Positions 26,521 through 35,382 of a stretch of DNA of 39,655 bases are shown here, piece by piece; position 1 is the stretch's first letter; every line of letters starts with the position of its first letter. The stretch is taken from the NCBI GenBank assembly GCA_030525445.1, contig JAUNEQ010000002.1, positions 1 through 39,655 on the forward strand, read 5' to 3'. The position numbers and the translations under genes were made by a program. This DNA comes from Coriobacteriia bacterium. GTDB taxonomy: Bacteria > Actinomycetota > Coriobacteriia > Coriobacteriales > Eggerthellaceae. Under the pieces are notes generated by a model. The model was given only the letters and a program-made list of their open reading frames with translations, had not been told where the DNA came from and searched no databases.

Positions 26521-27227
26521 CGCGTATAAAAATGTGTGGGCTTACCCGTGAAGAGGATGTCGCAGCCGCCAACGAGATTCTGCCGGACTACATCGGGTTC
26601 GTGTTCTGCCCCGACAGCAGCCGCTACATCACGCCGGAACGGGCCGTCGAGCTGAACGAGAATCTCGACGAGGACATCACGAACGTGGGCGTGTTCGTGG
26701 ACGCGCCGGTGCGTTTCGTAGCCGCACTCATGAACGAGGACCTCATCGATATCGCGCAGCTGCACGGCAATGAGGACGACGCCTACATCGCGCAGCTGCG
26801 TCAGGCGCTGCGGGCGCCGGACGAGAAGGCCATTTTGAAGGCATTTGTCATCAACGGACCCGAAGATGTGCAGGCCGCACGCGAGACGACGGCCGACATG
26901 GTGCTGCTCGACGCCGGCCTGGGCGAAGGCAAGACCTTCGATTGGTCGCTGCTCGAGGGCTTCGACCGCCCCTACTTCCTGGCAGGCGGCCTCGATGCGA
27001 ACAACGTTGCCGAGGCACTCGACCGCACCGGCGCCGCCTACGTGGACACGAGCAGCGGCATCGAAACCGACGGCGTGAAGGATCCCGAAAAGATGCGTGC
27101 GTTTGCCCAGGCGGTGCGCGCGTGGGATGAGGCGAACCCGCGCCTGAGCTTCCTGGAATCGCTGCATCCGGAATTACACGACGAACAAGAACAACAAGAA
27201 GAAGGGTTCAGCCCCGAGCTGAACTGA
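26517..27227 (+). CDS. trpF: phosphoribosylanthranilate isomerase (with an acidic C-terminal tail of about 35 aa)
   Basis: ATG 26517 overlaps the trpC stop as ATGA. The protein reads MTRIKMCGLTREEDV...IGFVF...S.RYI...QLHG...LAGGL. The N-terminal part of ORF 25899-27227 is an out-of-frame read-through of trpC. Confidence 0.9.
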   Translation: MTRIKMCGLTREEDVAAANEILPDYIGFVFCPDSSRYITPERAVELNENLDEDITNVGVFVDAPVRFVAALMNEDLIDIAQLHGNEDDAYIAQLRQALRAPDEKAILKAFVINGPEDVQAARETTADMVLLDAGLGEGKTFDWSLLEGFDRPYFLAGGLDANNVAEALDRTGAAYVDTSSGIETDGVKDPEKMRAFAQAVRAWDEANPRLSFLESLHPELHDEQEQQEEGFSPELN

Positions 27228-27266
27228 TGAACAGCCGGGGGCATCCCCGGCGGAACGGAGGAGCAC

Positions 27267-28457
27267 ATGACCAACCCCCGCGGGCGATTTGGGGTTCATG
27301 GCGGGCAATACATGCCGGAAACCCTGATGAACGCCGTCATAGAGTTGGAAGAAGCCTACGACCGCTTCAAGGATGACCCCGATTTCAAGAAAGAGCTGGC
27401 CACGCTCTTCAACGAGTACGCCGGCCGGCCGAGCCGCCTGTATTTCGCGGAACGCATGACGCACGACTTAGGCGGCGCGAAGGTCTACCTGAAGCGTGAG
27501 GACCTCAACCACACGGGCGCGCACAAGATCAACAACGTGCTGGGGCAGGCGCTGCTGGCGAAGAAGATGGGCAAGACCCGCCTCATCGCCGAAACAGGCG
27601 CCGGCCAGCACGGCGTGGCCACCGCCACCGCCGCCGCGCTCATGGACATGGAATGCGTCGTGTTCATGGGCGCGCTCGACTGCGAGCGCCAGGCGCTGAA
27701 CGTGTACAAGATGCGGCTGCTGGGAGCCAGCGTCGTGCCCGTGACCACCGGCACCGCCACGCTGAAGGACGCCGTGAGCGCCGCGATGCGCGAATGGACG
27801 AGCCGCATCGACGACACCCATTACTGCCTGGGCTCGGTCATGGGCCCGCATCCCTTCCCCACCATCGTGCGCGATTTCCAGGCCGTCATCTCGGCCGAGA
27901 TCAAGGAGCAGATGCTGGAGCGCGAGGGCAAGCTGCCCGACGCCGTGCTCGCCTGCGTGGGCGGCGGCAGCAACGCCATCGGCACGTTCTACCACTTCAT
28001 CGACACGCCCGAGGTACAGCTCATCGGATGCGAGGCTGCGGGGCGGGGCGTCGACACCTTCGAGACGGCGGCCACAATCGCCACCGGCCGCCTGGGCATC
28101 TTCCACGGCATGAAAAGCTACTTCTGCCAGGACGAATTCGGCCAAATCGCGCCGGTGTACAGCATCTCCGCAGGTCTCGATTACCCGGGCATCGGCCCCG
28201 AGCATGCGTGGCTGCACGATACCGGGCGCGCCACCTACGTGCCCGTCACCGACGAGGAAGCCGTGCAGGCGTTCGAATACCTGAGCCGGCTCGAGGGCAT
28301 CATCCCGGCCATCGAGAGCGCGCATGCCCTGGCCCACGCCATCAAGCTCGCGCCCACGATGCGACCCGACCAAACCATCGTCGTCACGCTTTCGGGTCGC
28401 GGCGACAAGGACTGCGTGTCCGTGGCGCGCTACCGCGGAGAGGAGCTGAGCGAATAA
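27267..28457 (+). CDS. trpB: tryptophan synthase beta chain
   Basis: [10 protein letters not shown], the PLP-lysine region [11 protein letters not shown], and [12 protein letters not shown]. Confidence 0.96.
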   Translation: MTNPRGRFGVHGGQYMPETLMNAVIELEEAYDRFKDDPDFKKELATLFNEYAGRPSRLYFAERMTHDLGGAKVYLKREDLNHTGAHKINNVLGQALLAKKMGKTRLIAETGAGQHGVATATAAALMDMECVVFMGALDCERQALNVYKMRLLGASVVPVTTGTATLKDAVSAAMREWTSRIDDTHYCLGSVMGPHPFPTIVRDFQAVISAEIKEQMLEREGKLPDAVLACVGGGSNAIGTFYHFIDTPEVQLIGCEAAGRGVDTFETAATIATGRLGIFHGMKSYFCQDEFGQIAPVYSISAGLDYPGIGPEHAWLHDTGRATYVPVTDEEAVQAFEYLSRLEGIIPAIESAHALAHAIKLAPTMRPDQTIVVTLSGRGDKDCVSVARYRGEELSE

Positions 28458-29236
28458 TGAGCACGATCCAGCAGGCCTTCGCGAATGGCAAGGCATTCAT
28501 CCCCTTCATCACCTGCGGCGACCCCGACCTCGACACCACCGCCGCCTGCGTGCGCGCCATGGTGGCAGCCGGCGCCGACCTCGTGGAGCTGGGCATCCCG
28601 TTTTCCGACCCCACGGCGGAAGGGCCGGTGATTCAAGAGGCCAACGAGCGAGCGCTCGCAGCGGGAACCACCACCGACAAGGTGTTCGACCTCGTGCGCA
28701 ACCTGCGCCGCGACGTCACCGTGCCCATGGTGTTCATGACCTACGCGAACGTCGTGTTCTCGTACGGTGCCGAGCGCTTCATCGCCACCTGCGCCGAAGT
28801 GGGCATCGACGGGCTCATCCTGCCCGACGTGCCCTTCGAGGAAAAGGAAGATTTCGCGCCCCTGTGCGCCCAGTACGGCCTGGATCTCGTGAGCATGATC
28901 GCGCCCACGAGCGAGAACCGCATCGCGCAAATCGCGCGCGAGGCCACCGGCTTCATCTACGTGGTGTCGAGCCTGGGCGTTACGGGCGTGCGCACCGAAA
29001 TCACCACGGATATCGCTTCCATCGTGAGGGTCATCCGAGAGAACACGGCCACGCCATGCGCGGTGGGTTTCGGCATCTCGACGCCCGCGCAGGCCACGAA
29101 GATGGCCGGCGCCTCTGACGGAGCCATCGTGGGAAGCGCCATCGTGAAGCTCATCGCCCAGCATGGGCGCAACGCTGCCGGCCCGGTGGGCGAATACGTG
29201 CGCGAAATGGCACAGGCGGCGCATAGCGCAGAGTAG
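28457..29236 (+). CDS. trpA: tryptophan synthase alpha chain
   Basis: ATG 28457 overlaps the trpB stop (TAATG). The protein reads [24 protein letters not shown]...ELGIPFSDPTAEGPVIQ...GFGIS. Confidence 0.93.
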   Translation: MSTIQQAFANGKAFIPFITCGDPDLDTTAACVRAMVAAGADLVELGIPFSDPTAEGPVIQEANERALAAGTTTDKVFDLVRNLRRDVTVPMVFMTYANVVFSYGAERFIATCAEVGIDGLILPDVPFEEKEDFAPLCAQYGLDLVSMIAPTSENRIAQIAREATGFIYVVSSLGVTGVRTEITTDIASIVRVIRENTATPCAVGFGISTPAQATKMAGASDGAIVGSAIVKLIAQHGRNAAGPVGEYVREMAQAAHSAE

Positions 29237-29298
29237 GCAGCGCCGTTAACCAGGCGTGACAACCGCAGCTGTTGTGGAGAATTCCACCCGGCATGCAT

Positions 29299-29335
29299 AA
29301 CCCGGCGAAGGGCCTCTCCCCTCCGCCGGGTTTTT
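29299..29335 (+). terminator. intrinsic terminator of the trp operon
   Basis: Stem CCCGGCG/CGCCGGG (29301-29307 / 29324-29330) with inner pairs, then TTTTT (29331-29335). Confidence 0.72.
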
Positions 29336-29374
29336 CGCTACTATGAGGCAACGCATATAAAGGAGGGACCGATT

Positions 29375-29992
29375 ATGCTTTGCCCGAACTGCTCGGCACC
29401 GCTTTCTGAAACCGCCAAGTTCTGCTCGAACTGCGGCGCGCCCATCGCCACGGCAGGCTCGCCGTACAGCGCTCCCGTCGACGGGGTTGCGAGCGCTGCG
29501 TCGCCGTATCAGGCGCAAACCGCGCAGGCCACACAAGCCGCGCAGGCTCAGGCTGCACAGGCCGCGCAGGCGCAGCCCGAGCAGTCCCCCTTCGAGCGCG
29601 GATACCAGCAGGGATACGCGTGGGCTTCCGGCGAGCAAGCGCCCCCGCAGGCCGAGCCCGTACGCGACGCCTGGCAGCAGGGTTACGATCAGCCGGCGAA
29701 TCCGTATGCCCAAGCCGACGCCCCCGTTGCCGGGGCAACCGTGAAAAACCACATCGCCGCTGGCCTCTTGGGCATTTTCCTGGGCAGCCTGGGCATCCAC
29801 AAGTTCTACTTGGGATACACCCGCGAAGGCGTCATCATGCTCCTGGTTACCATCCTGGGCTCGCTGCTCACGCTGGGCCTATCCGGCCTGGCCATGGAAG
29901 TCGTCGGCATCGTCGAAGGCATCATCTACCTCACGAAATCCGACGAGGAGTTCTACTACACCTACGAACAGGGCCAGAAACCCTGGTTCTAA
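29375..29992 (+). CDS. zinc-ribbon plus TM2-domain membrane protein
   Basis: N-terminal CPNC...CSNC ribbon, a Gln/Ala/Pro-rich linker, and a C-terminal TM2-type pair of helices (GLLGIFLGSLGIHKFYLGYTREG...). AAGGAGG precedes the ATG. Confidence 0.8.
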   Translation: MLCPNCSAPLSETAKFCSNCGAPIATAGSPYSAPVDGVASAASPYQAQTAQATQAAQAQAAQAAQAQPEQSPFERGYQQGYAWASGEQAPPQAEPVRDAWQQGYDQPANPYAQADAPVAGATVKNHIAAGLLGIFLGSLGIHKFYLGYTREGVIMLLVTILGSLLTLGLSGLAMEVVGIVEGIIYLTKSDEEFYYTYEQGQKPWF

Positions 29993-30039
29993 AGGGCGCC
30001 GGAGGTCTTCGCCTCACCCCGTGCTCAATGGTCTATCAA

Positions 30040-30192
30040 CGTGAAAACCCCGCGACGGCATTCGCGGGGTTTTCTTGCAAGGTATGTTTGAGGTGTGGGG
30101 ATCGGCTAAACGATAATGTCCTCCGTTCGTGGTTAGGGTTGCCTAATAGTTAGTTCGTCCTAACTTATACCGAAGGAATTGGCTGCTGTCAA
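30040..30192 (-). ncRNA. candidate small RNA: orphan near-consensus promoter, about 110 nt, then a terminator
   Basis: On the minus strand: TTGACA (30192-30187), an exact 17-nt spacer, then TATAAG (30169-30164). The tandem TTAGG-N4-CCTAAC sites (30166-30133) follow directly. The terminator hairpin at 30069-30048 with a U-run comes next. No plausible start codon follows the internal GGAGG. Confidence 0.3.
30044..30075. terminator. bidirectional hairpin terminator
   Basis: Stem CCCCGCGA/TCGCGGGG (30048-30055 / 30062-30069). A TTTT run follows on the plus strand. AAAA precedes the stem, which gives a U-run on the minus strand. Confidence 0.72.
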
Positions 30193-30209
30193 CGGCGAAT
30201 TCGGAATTT

Positions 30210-30845
30210 TCAGAACAGACTCAGCTGCTCGCCTTCTTCATCGGCTTCTTGCCCCTCGGGCTTCACGATGAGCTCGACGTCGGAACGGTCGGCGAGCGCC
30301 CCCAACTCCCCCGCCATCCACAGCGGCAGCTCCTCGCGGCGCAGCACCACCGGCATGCGCTCATGCACAGGGGCGACAAACCCGTTCGGCTCGGTCGTCA
30401 CCACCGAGAAATGGTCGCCTTCACTGATGCCCGCGAGCCACGTGATGGGCTCGTCCACCAGCTCGAAGGCATACTGCCGCTTCACCAGGCGCCCCGTCTT
30501 CGCGCTGCGGACCTTCTGCGTTCCATGCCGCTCGAAGAAGCCGCGCGTCGGCACGAGGCAGCGCCCCTTCTCGAAAGACGCGCGCCACATGCTGCGCCCA
30601 GACGCAATCGACTCGATGCGCGTGTTGAACACGGGACCAGCCTGCCATTCCACGGGATACCCCCACCGCAGCAGCTGAACCGGCACATCAGGCAGGGCGC
30701 CCACGATGGGCACATCGTCCTGCGGATATGCGTCAATCGGAGCACGCGCAGGCCAATCGGGGTAAGGGTTGTCGGGGCCTGCGCTCATCGCCCGCACCAC
30801 CTGGAGCACCTCATCATAGGTGAACACGATCATCCGGCCGCACAT
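30210..30845 (-). CDS. SOS-response-associated peptidase (SRAP/YedK family)
   Basis: Internal ATG 30845 follows GGGAGG and gives MCGRM..., with Cys2 as the nucleophile. The family-typical blocks (WGY.P.W......NTR.ES......R......RCLVP..GF.E) are present. I ignored the 65-codon 5' extension in the ORF track. Confidence 0.87.
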   Translation of the reverse strand: MCGRMIVFTYDEVLQVVRAMSAGPDNPYPDWPARAPIDAYPQDDVPIVGALPDVPVQLLRWGYPVEWQAGPVFNTRIESIASGRSMWRASFEKGRCLVPTRGFFERHGTQKVRSAKTGRLVKRQYAFELVDEPITWLAGISEGDHFSVVTTEPNGFVAPVHERMPVVLRREELPLWMAGELGALADRSDVELIVKPEGQEADEEGEQLSLF

Positions 30846-30862
30846 GACACCTCCCAACCCAT

Positions 30863-30903
30863 ACCTATCGCAGGGACAGTCCCCATGATAGGTTTCGGCA
30901 AAA
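30863..30903 (-). promoter_or_regulatory. conserved palindromic motif, copy B, 17 nt upstream of the SRAP start codon
   Basis: The plus strand reads ACCTATCGCAGGGACAGTCCCCATGATAGGTTTCGGCAAAA. It matches copy A at 15784-15826, including the trailing CGGCAAA. The geometry relative to the SD and ATG is almost the same. Confidence 0.45.
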
Positions 30904-31017
30904 GCGAACCTGTGACATATTCCAATTCTATATCGGGTCATTGGAAAAGTTTGCACATGCGGTGGCATTCTGCGATAGCATGGGTATTCGTCGGAAAGGG
31001 ATAATAGGAGGACCATC

Positions 31018-31791
31018 GTGTGTGAGCTCTTCGCAATCAATGCGAAACAGCCTACGAGCGCAAACGGCTACCTGCGCACCTTCTATTCCCACAGCGACCT
31101 GCATCCCCATGGCTGGGGCATCTGCTGGCGCGCTGGAGACGACATTTCCCTCGTGAAAGAACCTGTGCGCGCCATCGATTCGCCGCGCTTGCATGCCTTG
31201 CTGGAAACGCCCATCGCGCAGGCGCACCTGCTCGCGCACATTCGTCTGGCAACCATCGGGTCCACCAACGAACACAACTGCCATCCCTTCGTCACCGAAG
31301 ACGAGAGCGGCATCGAATGGATGCTCATCCACAACGGCACGGTATTCAACGATGCGCTCATCACCGGATACGATGGCGTCGGCCAAGGCAGCACCGACAG
31401 CGAACGCGTGATGCTCTTCCTGCGGGACCTCTTGGATGCCGCCGAGCTGCGCAAGGGCGGCGAGCTGTCGTTCGATGAGCGATTCGCCATCCTGAACAGC
31501 GCGCTCACGAAGCTCTCGAACGGCAACAAGCTGAACATCTTGCTCGACGACGGCGAGTACCTGTACGTGCACACAAATACGCTGAAGAAAACGCTCTACG
31601 TAAAGCAATCGCCCGAACAGGCGATTTTCAGCACGCAACCGCTCGACGATGACCCGGCATGGACGCCGGTTCCCATGGCCCAGCTGCAAGCCTATCGCGA
31701 CGGCGAGCTCGTCCGCGAGGGCACGCCGCACGGTAACGTCTTCGTGGAATGCGCCATCGAGAACTACCTGCTCCTGCAATCTTCCAACTAA
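31018..31791 (+). CDS. class-II (Ntn) glutamine amidotransferase, YafJ-like
   Basis: GTG 31018 follows GGAGG. The N-terminus is MCELF, with Cys2 as the nucleophile. HPHGWGI and NCHPF blocks are present. Confidence 0.83.
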   Translation: MCELFAINAKQPTSANGYLRTFYSHSDLHPHGWGICWRAGDDISLVKEPVRAIDSPRLHALLETPIAQAHLLAHIRLATIGSTNEHNCHPFVTEDESGIEWMLIHNGTVFNDALITGYDGVGQGSTDSERVMLFLRDLLDAAELRKGGELSFDERFAILNSALTKLSNGNKLNILLDDGEYLYVHTNTLKKTLYVKQSPEQAIFSTQPLDDDPAWTPVPMAQLQAYRDGELVREGTPHGNVFVECAIENYLLLQSSN

Positions 31792-31799
31792 CTAGAGGG

Positions 31800-31862
31800 T
31801 GGTTGCCGGGGCCGGGTGAAACAGGGTACCAGGCACCCTGTTTCACCCGGCCCCGGCAACCA
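31800..31862 (+). terminator. 28-bp perfect GC-rich hairpin (no U-tract) after the amidotransferase gene
   Basis: 31800-31827 (TGGTTGCCGGGGCCGGGTGAAACAGGGT), loop ACCAGGC, then 31835-31862 as the exact complement. Confidence 0.55.
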
Positions 31863-31916
31863 TCACACCTACTATCCCTTAAAATGGAGGCGATAAGCAT
31901 TCACGAAAGGGAGGTA

Positions 31917-32921
31917 ATGATGGCTCAGGCAAATCCCGTACCCGGAACAAACGGCAATGTGTATGTCCCCTTCGACCAGCGCACCGGCGACAAGTCGGTC
32001 GTGTACTTCACCCGCGACCTTTCGGCCGCAGGCCTGCGGAAGGCGTTTGCCGCCGTCGCCGGCCCCATCCAGGGCAAGGTGGGCGTGAAGCTGCACACCG
32101 GCGAGATGAACGGCCCGAACATCATCCCGCGCCCGTGGGTGAAGGAGCTCATCGACAACGACCTGCCGGGCGCGACGATCGTGGAAACCAACACGTATTA
32201 CGAAGGCGACCGCTACACCACCGAGCAGCACCGCGCCACCATCGAGAACAACGGCTGGACGTTCTGCCCGGTCGACATCATGGACGAGTTCGGCGTGGCC
32301 GAATTCCCCGTGGAAGGCGGCAAATGGTTCGACGTCATGCATGTGGGCGAGCACCTGGCAAACTATGATTCGCTCGTCGCCCTCACCCACTTCAAGGGCC
32401 ATATGATGGGCGGCTTCGGCGGTTCCAACAAGAACCTCGGCATCGGTTGCGCGGACGGCCGCATCGGCAAGAAGGAAATCCACACCACCGTGGGCTCCGA
32501 CAACATGTGGAGCATCGCGGAAGAAGAGCTCATGGAGCGTATGACGGAGTCCACGAAGGCGACCGTCGACCACTTTGGCGAGCACATCGTGTTCGTGAAC
32601 GTGATGCGCAACATGAGCGTGTCCTGCGACTGCGAAGGCGTCGCAGCAGAACCGGTGGTCACCCCGAACGTGGGCATCGTGGCGTCGCTTGACATCCTCG
32701 CCGCCGACCAGGCCTCCGTCGACCTCGTGTACGCCATGGGCGAAGCCGACCACGCGGCGCTCGTGGAGCGCATCGAGACGCGCCACGGCCTGCGCCAGCT
32801 GAGCTATATGAAGGAGCTCGGCATGGGCAACGACCGCTACACGCTCGTGGACCTCGACAACGACAACGCCGTCATCGAGCCCGCCGCAGCCGTCGCGCAC
32901 GTGGTTCCGTTTGAGGGCTAG
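31917..32921 (+). CDS. DUF362-like protein (function unknown)
   Basis: GGGAGG precedes ATGATG (31917/31920). VVYFTRDL...VGVKLHTGE.NGPN.I.P...VETNT.Y.G.R......H resembles my recollection of the DUF362 family. A SCDCEG Cys cluster is present. Confidence 0.65.
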   Translation: MMAQANPVPGTNGNVYVPFDQRTGDKSVVYFTRDLSAAGLRKAFAAVAGPIQGKVGVKLHTGEMNGPNIIPRPWVKELIDNDLPGATIVETNTYYEGDRYTTEQHRATIENNGWTFCPVDIMDEFGVAEFPVEGGKWFDVMHVGEHLANYDSLVALTHFKGHMMGGFGGSNKNLGIGCADGRIGKKEIHTTVGSDNMWSIAEEELMERMTESTKATVDHFGEHIVFVNVMRNMSVSCDCEGVAAEPVVTPNVGIVASLDILAADQASVDLVYAMGEADHAALVERIETRHGLRQLSYMKELGMGNDRYTLVDLDNDNAVIEPAAAVAHVVPFEG

Positions 32922-32926
32922 CCCAA

Positions 32927-32961
32927 AATGAAACACCGGTATCAGGCACCGGCGTTTCATT
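32927..32961 (+). terminator. hairpin after the DUF362-like gene, related to the 31800 hairpin
   Basis: AATGAAACACCGGT, loop ATCAGGC, then ACCGGCGTTTCATT, with one A/C mismatch. Confidence 0.5.
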
Positions 32962-32970
32962 AGGCACGAA

Positions 32971-33007
32971 GAACGCCGCCGCGCGCATCATGCGGGCGGC
33001 GACGTTC
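32971..33007. terminator. second hairpin in the convergent gap (candidate panD terminator)
   Basis: GAACGCCGCCGCGCGCAT pairs with ATGCGGGCGGCGACGTTC (16 of 18). T-rich sequence follows on the plus strand and UUCGUG on the minus strand. Confidence 0.4.
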
Positions 33008-33035
33008 TCTCTTTCAGCGACCTTATGCTGGGCGC

Positions 33036-33389
33036 TTAATGCTCCATGGGACGATTGCCCTCGCCGATGAGCACGATCTGCGGTTGGTGATTGCGCGCCT
33101 CTTCTGGCGTGAACCGTCCGTACGCCATGATGATGACCTTGTCGCCCACATTGCAGCAGTGCGCCGCGGCGCCATTCAGGCAGATGATGCCGCTTCCCGC
33201 AGCACCCTTCATCGCGTACGTCTCCAGGCGTGCGCCGTTGTCCACGTCGGCAACACAGACCTTTTCCCACTCGAGGATGCCGGCGGCGGCCATGAGCTCC
33301 TCGTCGATGGTGATGGAGCCGACGTATTCAACATTGGCCTCGGTCACCGTCGCGCGGTGAATCTTGCTCTTCAGCATTTCGATATCCAT
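33036..33389 (-). CDS. panD: aspartate 1-decarboxylase
   Basis: 117 aa: MLKSKIHRATVTEANVEYVGSITIDEELM, with the Gly-Ser self-processing site. Confidence 0.95.
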   Translation of the reverse strand: MDIEMLKSKIHRATVTEANVEYVGSITIDEELMAAAGILEWEKVCVADVDNGARLETYAMKGAAGSGIICLNGAAAHCCNVGDKVIIMAYGRFTPEEARNHQPQIVLIGEGNRPMEH

Positions 33390-33609
33390 GGCATCCTCTC
33401 GTATACGGATAACTCTTATATTTTGAGGTATTGACTTCTCGACAATTTTATCTTGCTTTCAAACCCCATACCCAGCCGTGCCATAAAATGTCATATCTTG
33501 GCGTAAAAATGTATACCTCATTATTTCCATTTTGTGGCAATTTCACTGGAAATCGATAGGCATCACGGTACAATGCCCCTTGCGCACGGACAGGGGAAAG
33601 GAGCACTCG

Positions 33610-34443
33610 GTGAAGATTGGCTTCATCGGCGCTGGCAAAGTCGGGTTCTCGTTGGGCAAGCATGCCGCTGTCCACGGAGCAAGCATTTCCGGCTACAGTA
33701 GCCGTTCTGTCAAATCCGCCGAAGACGCAGCCGCGTTTGCGGGTGGTGAGGCGTTCGGAACACCAGACGCCCTCGTGCAAGCAAGCGACATCGTCTTCAT
33801 AACCGTCCCCGACGGCCACATCGCATCCACCTGGAATGCAATCGCGCAATCGGTACGCGAAGGCAAGATAGACCTCGCCGGCAAAACCATCTGCCATTGC
33901 TCCGGCGCGCTTTCATCCAACGTCTTCGAAGGCGCGGCCGACTTTGGGGCCTTTGCTTTCTCCGTGCATCCGCTCTATGCGGTGAGCTCGAAGTACGAGA
34001 CCTACCGCGAACTCGGCAACGCCCTATTCACCGTAGAGGGCACGCCCGAGCGCCTCGACCAGATGGTCGAGCTCGTGCGCAGCTGGGGAAACGAAGTCCA
34101 GGCCATTTCCGCGCAGGACAAGGTGCGCTACCATGCCGCCGCGGTCATGGCGAGCAACCTCGTGGTGGGCCTGGTGCATGCTGCCGCCGGAGAGCTCGAG
34201 CGCTGCGGCTTCACCCCCGATTCCGCCGAGCGTGCATTGCGCCCCCTTTTCTTGGGTAACGCAGAGCATATCGCGGAAGACGGCACGGCAGCCGCGCTCA
34301 CGGGACCGGCCGAACGCGGGGATTCCGCAACGATTGCCAAACACCTGGACTGCCTCGACGGCACCCACCGGGAAATCTACCGGCTGCTCACCGAAGAGTT
34401 GTACGAAGTCGCAGCCATCAAACACGGGGATAGCCGCAAATAA
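33610..34443 (+). CDS. Rossmann plus DUF2520-like oxidoreductase; by position a candidate PanG-type ketopantoate reductase
   Basis: GTG 33610 follows GGAAAGGAG. The N-terminus VKIGFIGAGKVG is a dinucleotide-binding motif. It sits between panD and panB-panC, and no panE is in the cluster. The family assignment is from memory. Confidence 0.6.
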   Translation: MKIGFIGAGKVGFSLGKHAAVHGASISGYSSRSVKSAEDAAAFAGGEAFGTPDALVQASDIVFITVPDGHIASTWNAIAQSVREGKIDLAGKTICHCSGALSSNVFEGAADFGAFAFSVHPLYAVSSKYETYRELGNALFTVEGTPERLDQMVELVRSWGNEVQAISAQDKVRYHAAAVMASNLVVGLVHAAAGELERCGFTPDSAERALRPLFLGNAEHIAEDGTAAALTGPAERGDSATIAKHLDCLDGTHREIYRLLTEELYEVAAIKHGDSRK

Positions 34444-34512
34444 GCGGTTGACCATAGCAAACGGGTGGCACCGGCACGAGCCTGCCCCCACTTCCACACG
34501 AAAGGAAACAAC

Positions 34513-35352
34513 ATGCCCAAGAACACGGTGCTCACCCTGCAACAGCAGAAGCAGGCTGGAGACAAGATCTGCCAGGTCACAGCCTATGACTACACCATGG
34601 CCTGCCTGGTGGAGGAAGCCGGTCTCGAGATGATTCTGGTGGGCGACTCCCTCGGCATGGTGATGATGGGTTACGAAGACACCCTGCCCGTGACGATGGA
34701 CGATATGGTGCGCTACACCCGCACCGTCACTCGCGCGACGAACAACACCTTCGTCGTCGCAGACATGCCGTTCATGTCGTATCAGGCATCGATGAACGAG
34801 GCCGTCACCAACGCCGGTCGCCTTCTGAAGGAAGGCCGCGCACAAGCCGTGAAGCTTGAAGGCGGCGCCACCGTGGTGAAGCAAATCCGTGCGATGACCG
34901 AAGCCGGCATCCCCGTGCAGGCGCACATCGGCATGACCCCGCAGTCCGTGAACGCCTTCGGCGGCTTCAAGGTGCAGGGCAAGAACGTGGATGCCGCCAA
35001 GCAAATCGTGGAAGACGCCTTCGCCGTGCAGGAGGCAGGCGCCTTCTCCATCGTGCTCGAATGCGTGCCGGCGCTGCTCGCCGAATACATCACCGAGCAG
35101 GTGAACGCCATCACCATCGGCATCGGCGCAGGCGCGGGCTGCGACGGCCAGGTGCTGGTTGGCCAGGACCTGCTGGGCATGACGCACGGCTTCAAGCCGA
35201 AGTTCGTGAAGCGCTTCGGCGAGGTGGGCAATGCCATCAAGGATGCATACGCCGCATACAGCGCCGAGGTGAAGGCGGGCACGTTCCCGGCGAGCCCGGA
35301 GCACACTTTCAAAATCGACGAGGAGGTCATGGAGCTCGTCCGCCGCGGCTAG
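34513..35352 (+). CDS. panB: 3-methyl-2-oxobutanoate hydroxymethyltransferase
   Basis: Internal ATG 34513 gives MPKNTVLTLQQQK... Conserved TAYDY, LVGDSLGMV, ADMPF and VKLEGG blocks are present. Confidence 0.95.
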   Translation: MPKNTVLTLQQQKQAGDKICQVTAYDYTMACLVEEAGLEMILVGDSLGMVMMGYEDTLPVTMDDMVRYTRTVTRATNNTFVVADMPFMSYQASMNEAVTNAGRLLKEGRAQAVKLEGGATVVKQIRAMTEAGIPVQAHIGMTPQSVNAFGGFKVQGKNVDAAKQIVEDAFAVQEAGAFSIVLECVPALLAEYITEQVNAITIGIGAGAGCDGQVLVGQDLLGMTHGFKPKFVKRFGEVGNAIKDAYAAYSAEVKAGTFPASPEHTFKIDEEVMELVRRG

Positions 35353-35382
35353 TTCCCACCCTCATCCCAGAAAGGATTACCC

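Noticed and set aside
25899-29236. N-terminal extensions of ORFs 25899-27227 and 27653-29236 (442 and 527 aa)
   Set aside because: Only the C-terminal parts are TrpF and TrpA. The upstream parts are alternative-frame read-through of trpC and trpB. The real starts are the ATGA and TAATG coupling junctions.
30846-31017. LexA/SOS box upstream of the SRAP gene
   Set aside because: No TCGAAC-N4-GTTCGA or CGAAC-N4-GTTCG-like palindrome is present. GCGAACCTGTGACA is only a half-site-like match.
31800-32961. Integron attC sites flanking the DUF362-like gene
   Set aside because: The hairpins lack the GTTRRRY/RYYYAAC core sites (they read GTTTCAT and GTTTCAC), and no integrase gene is nearby.
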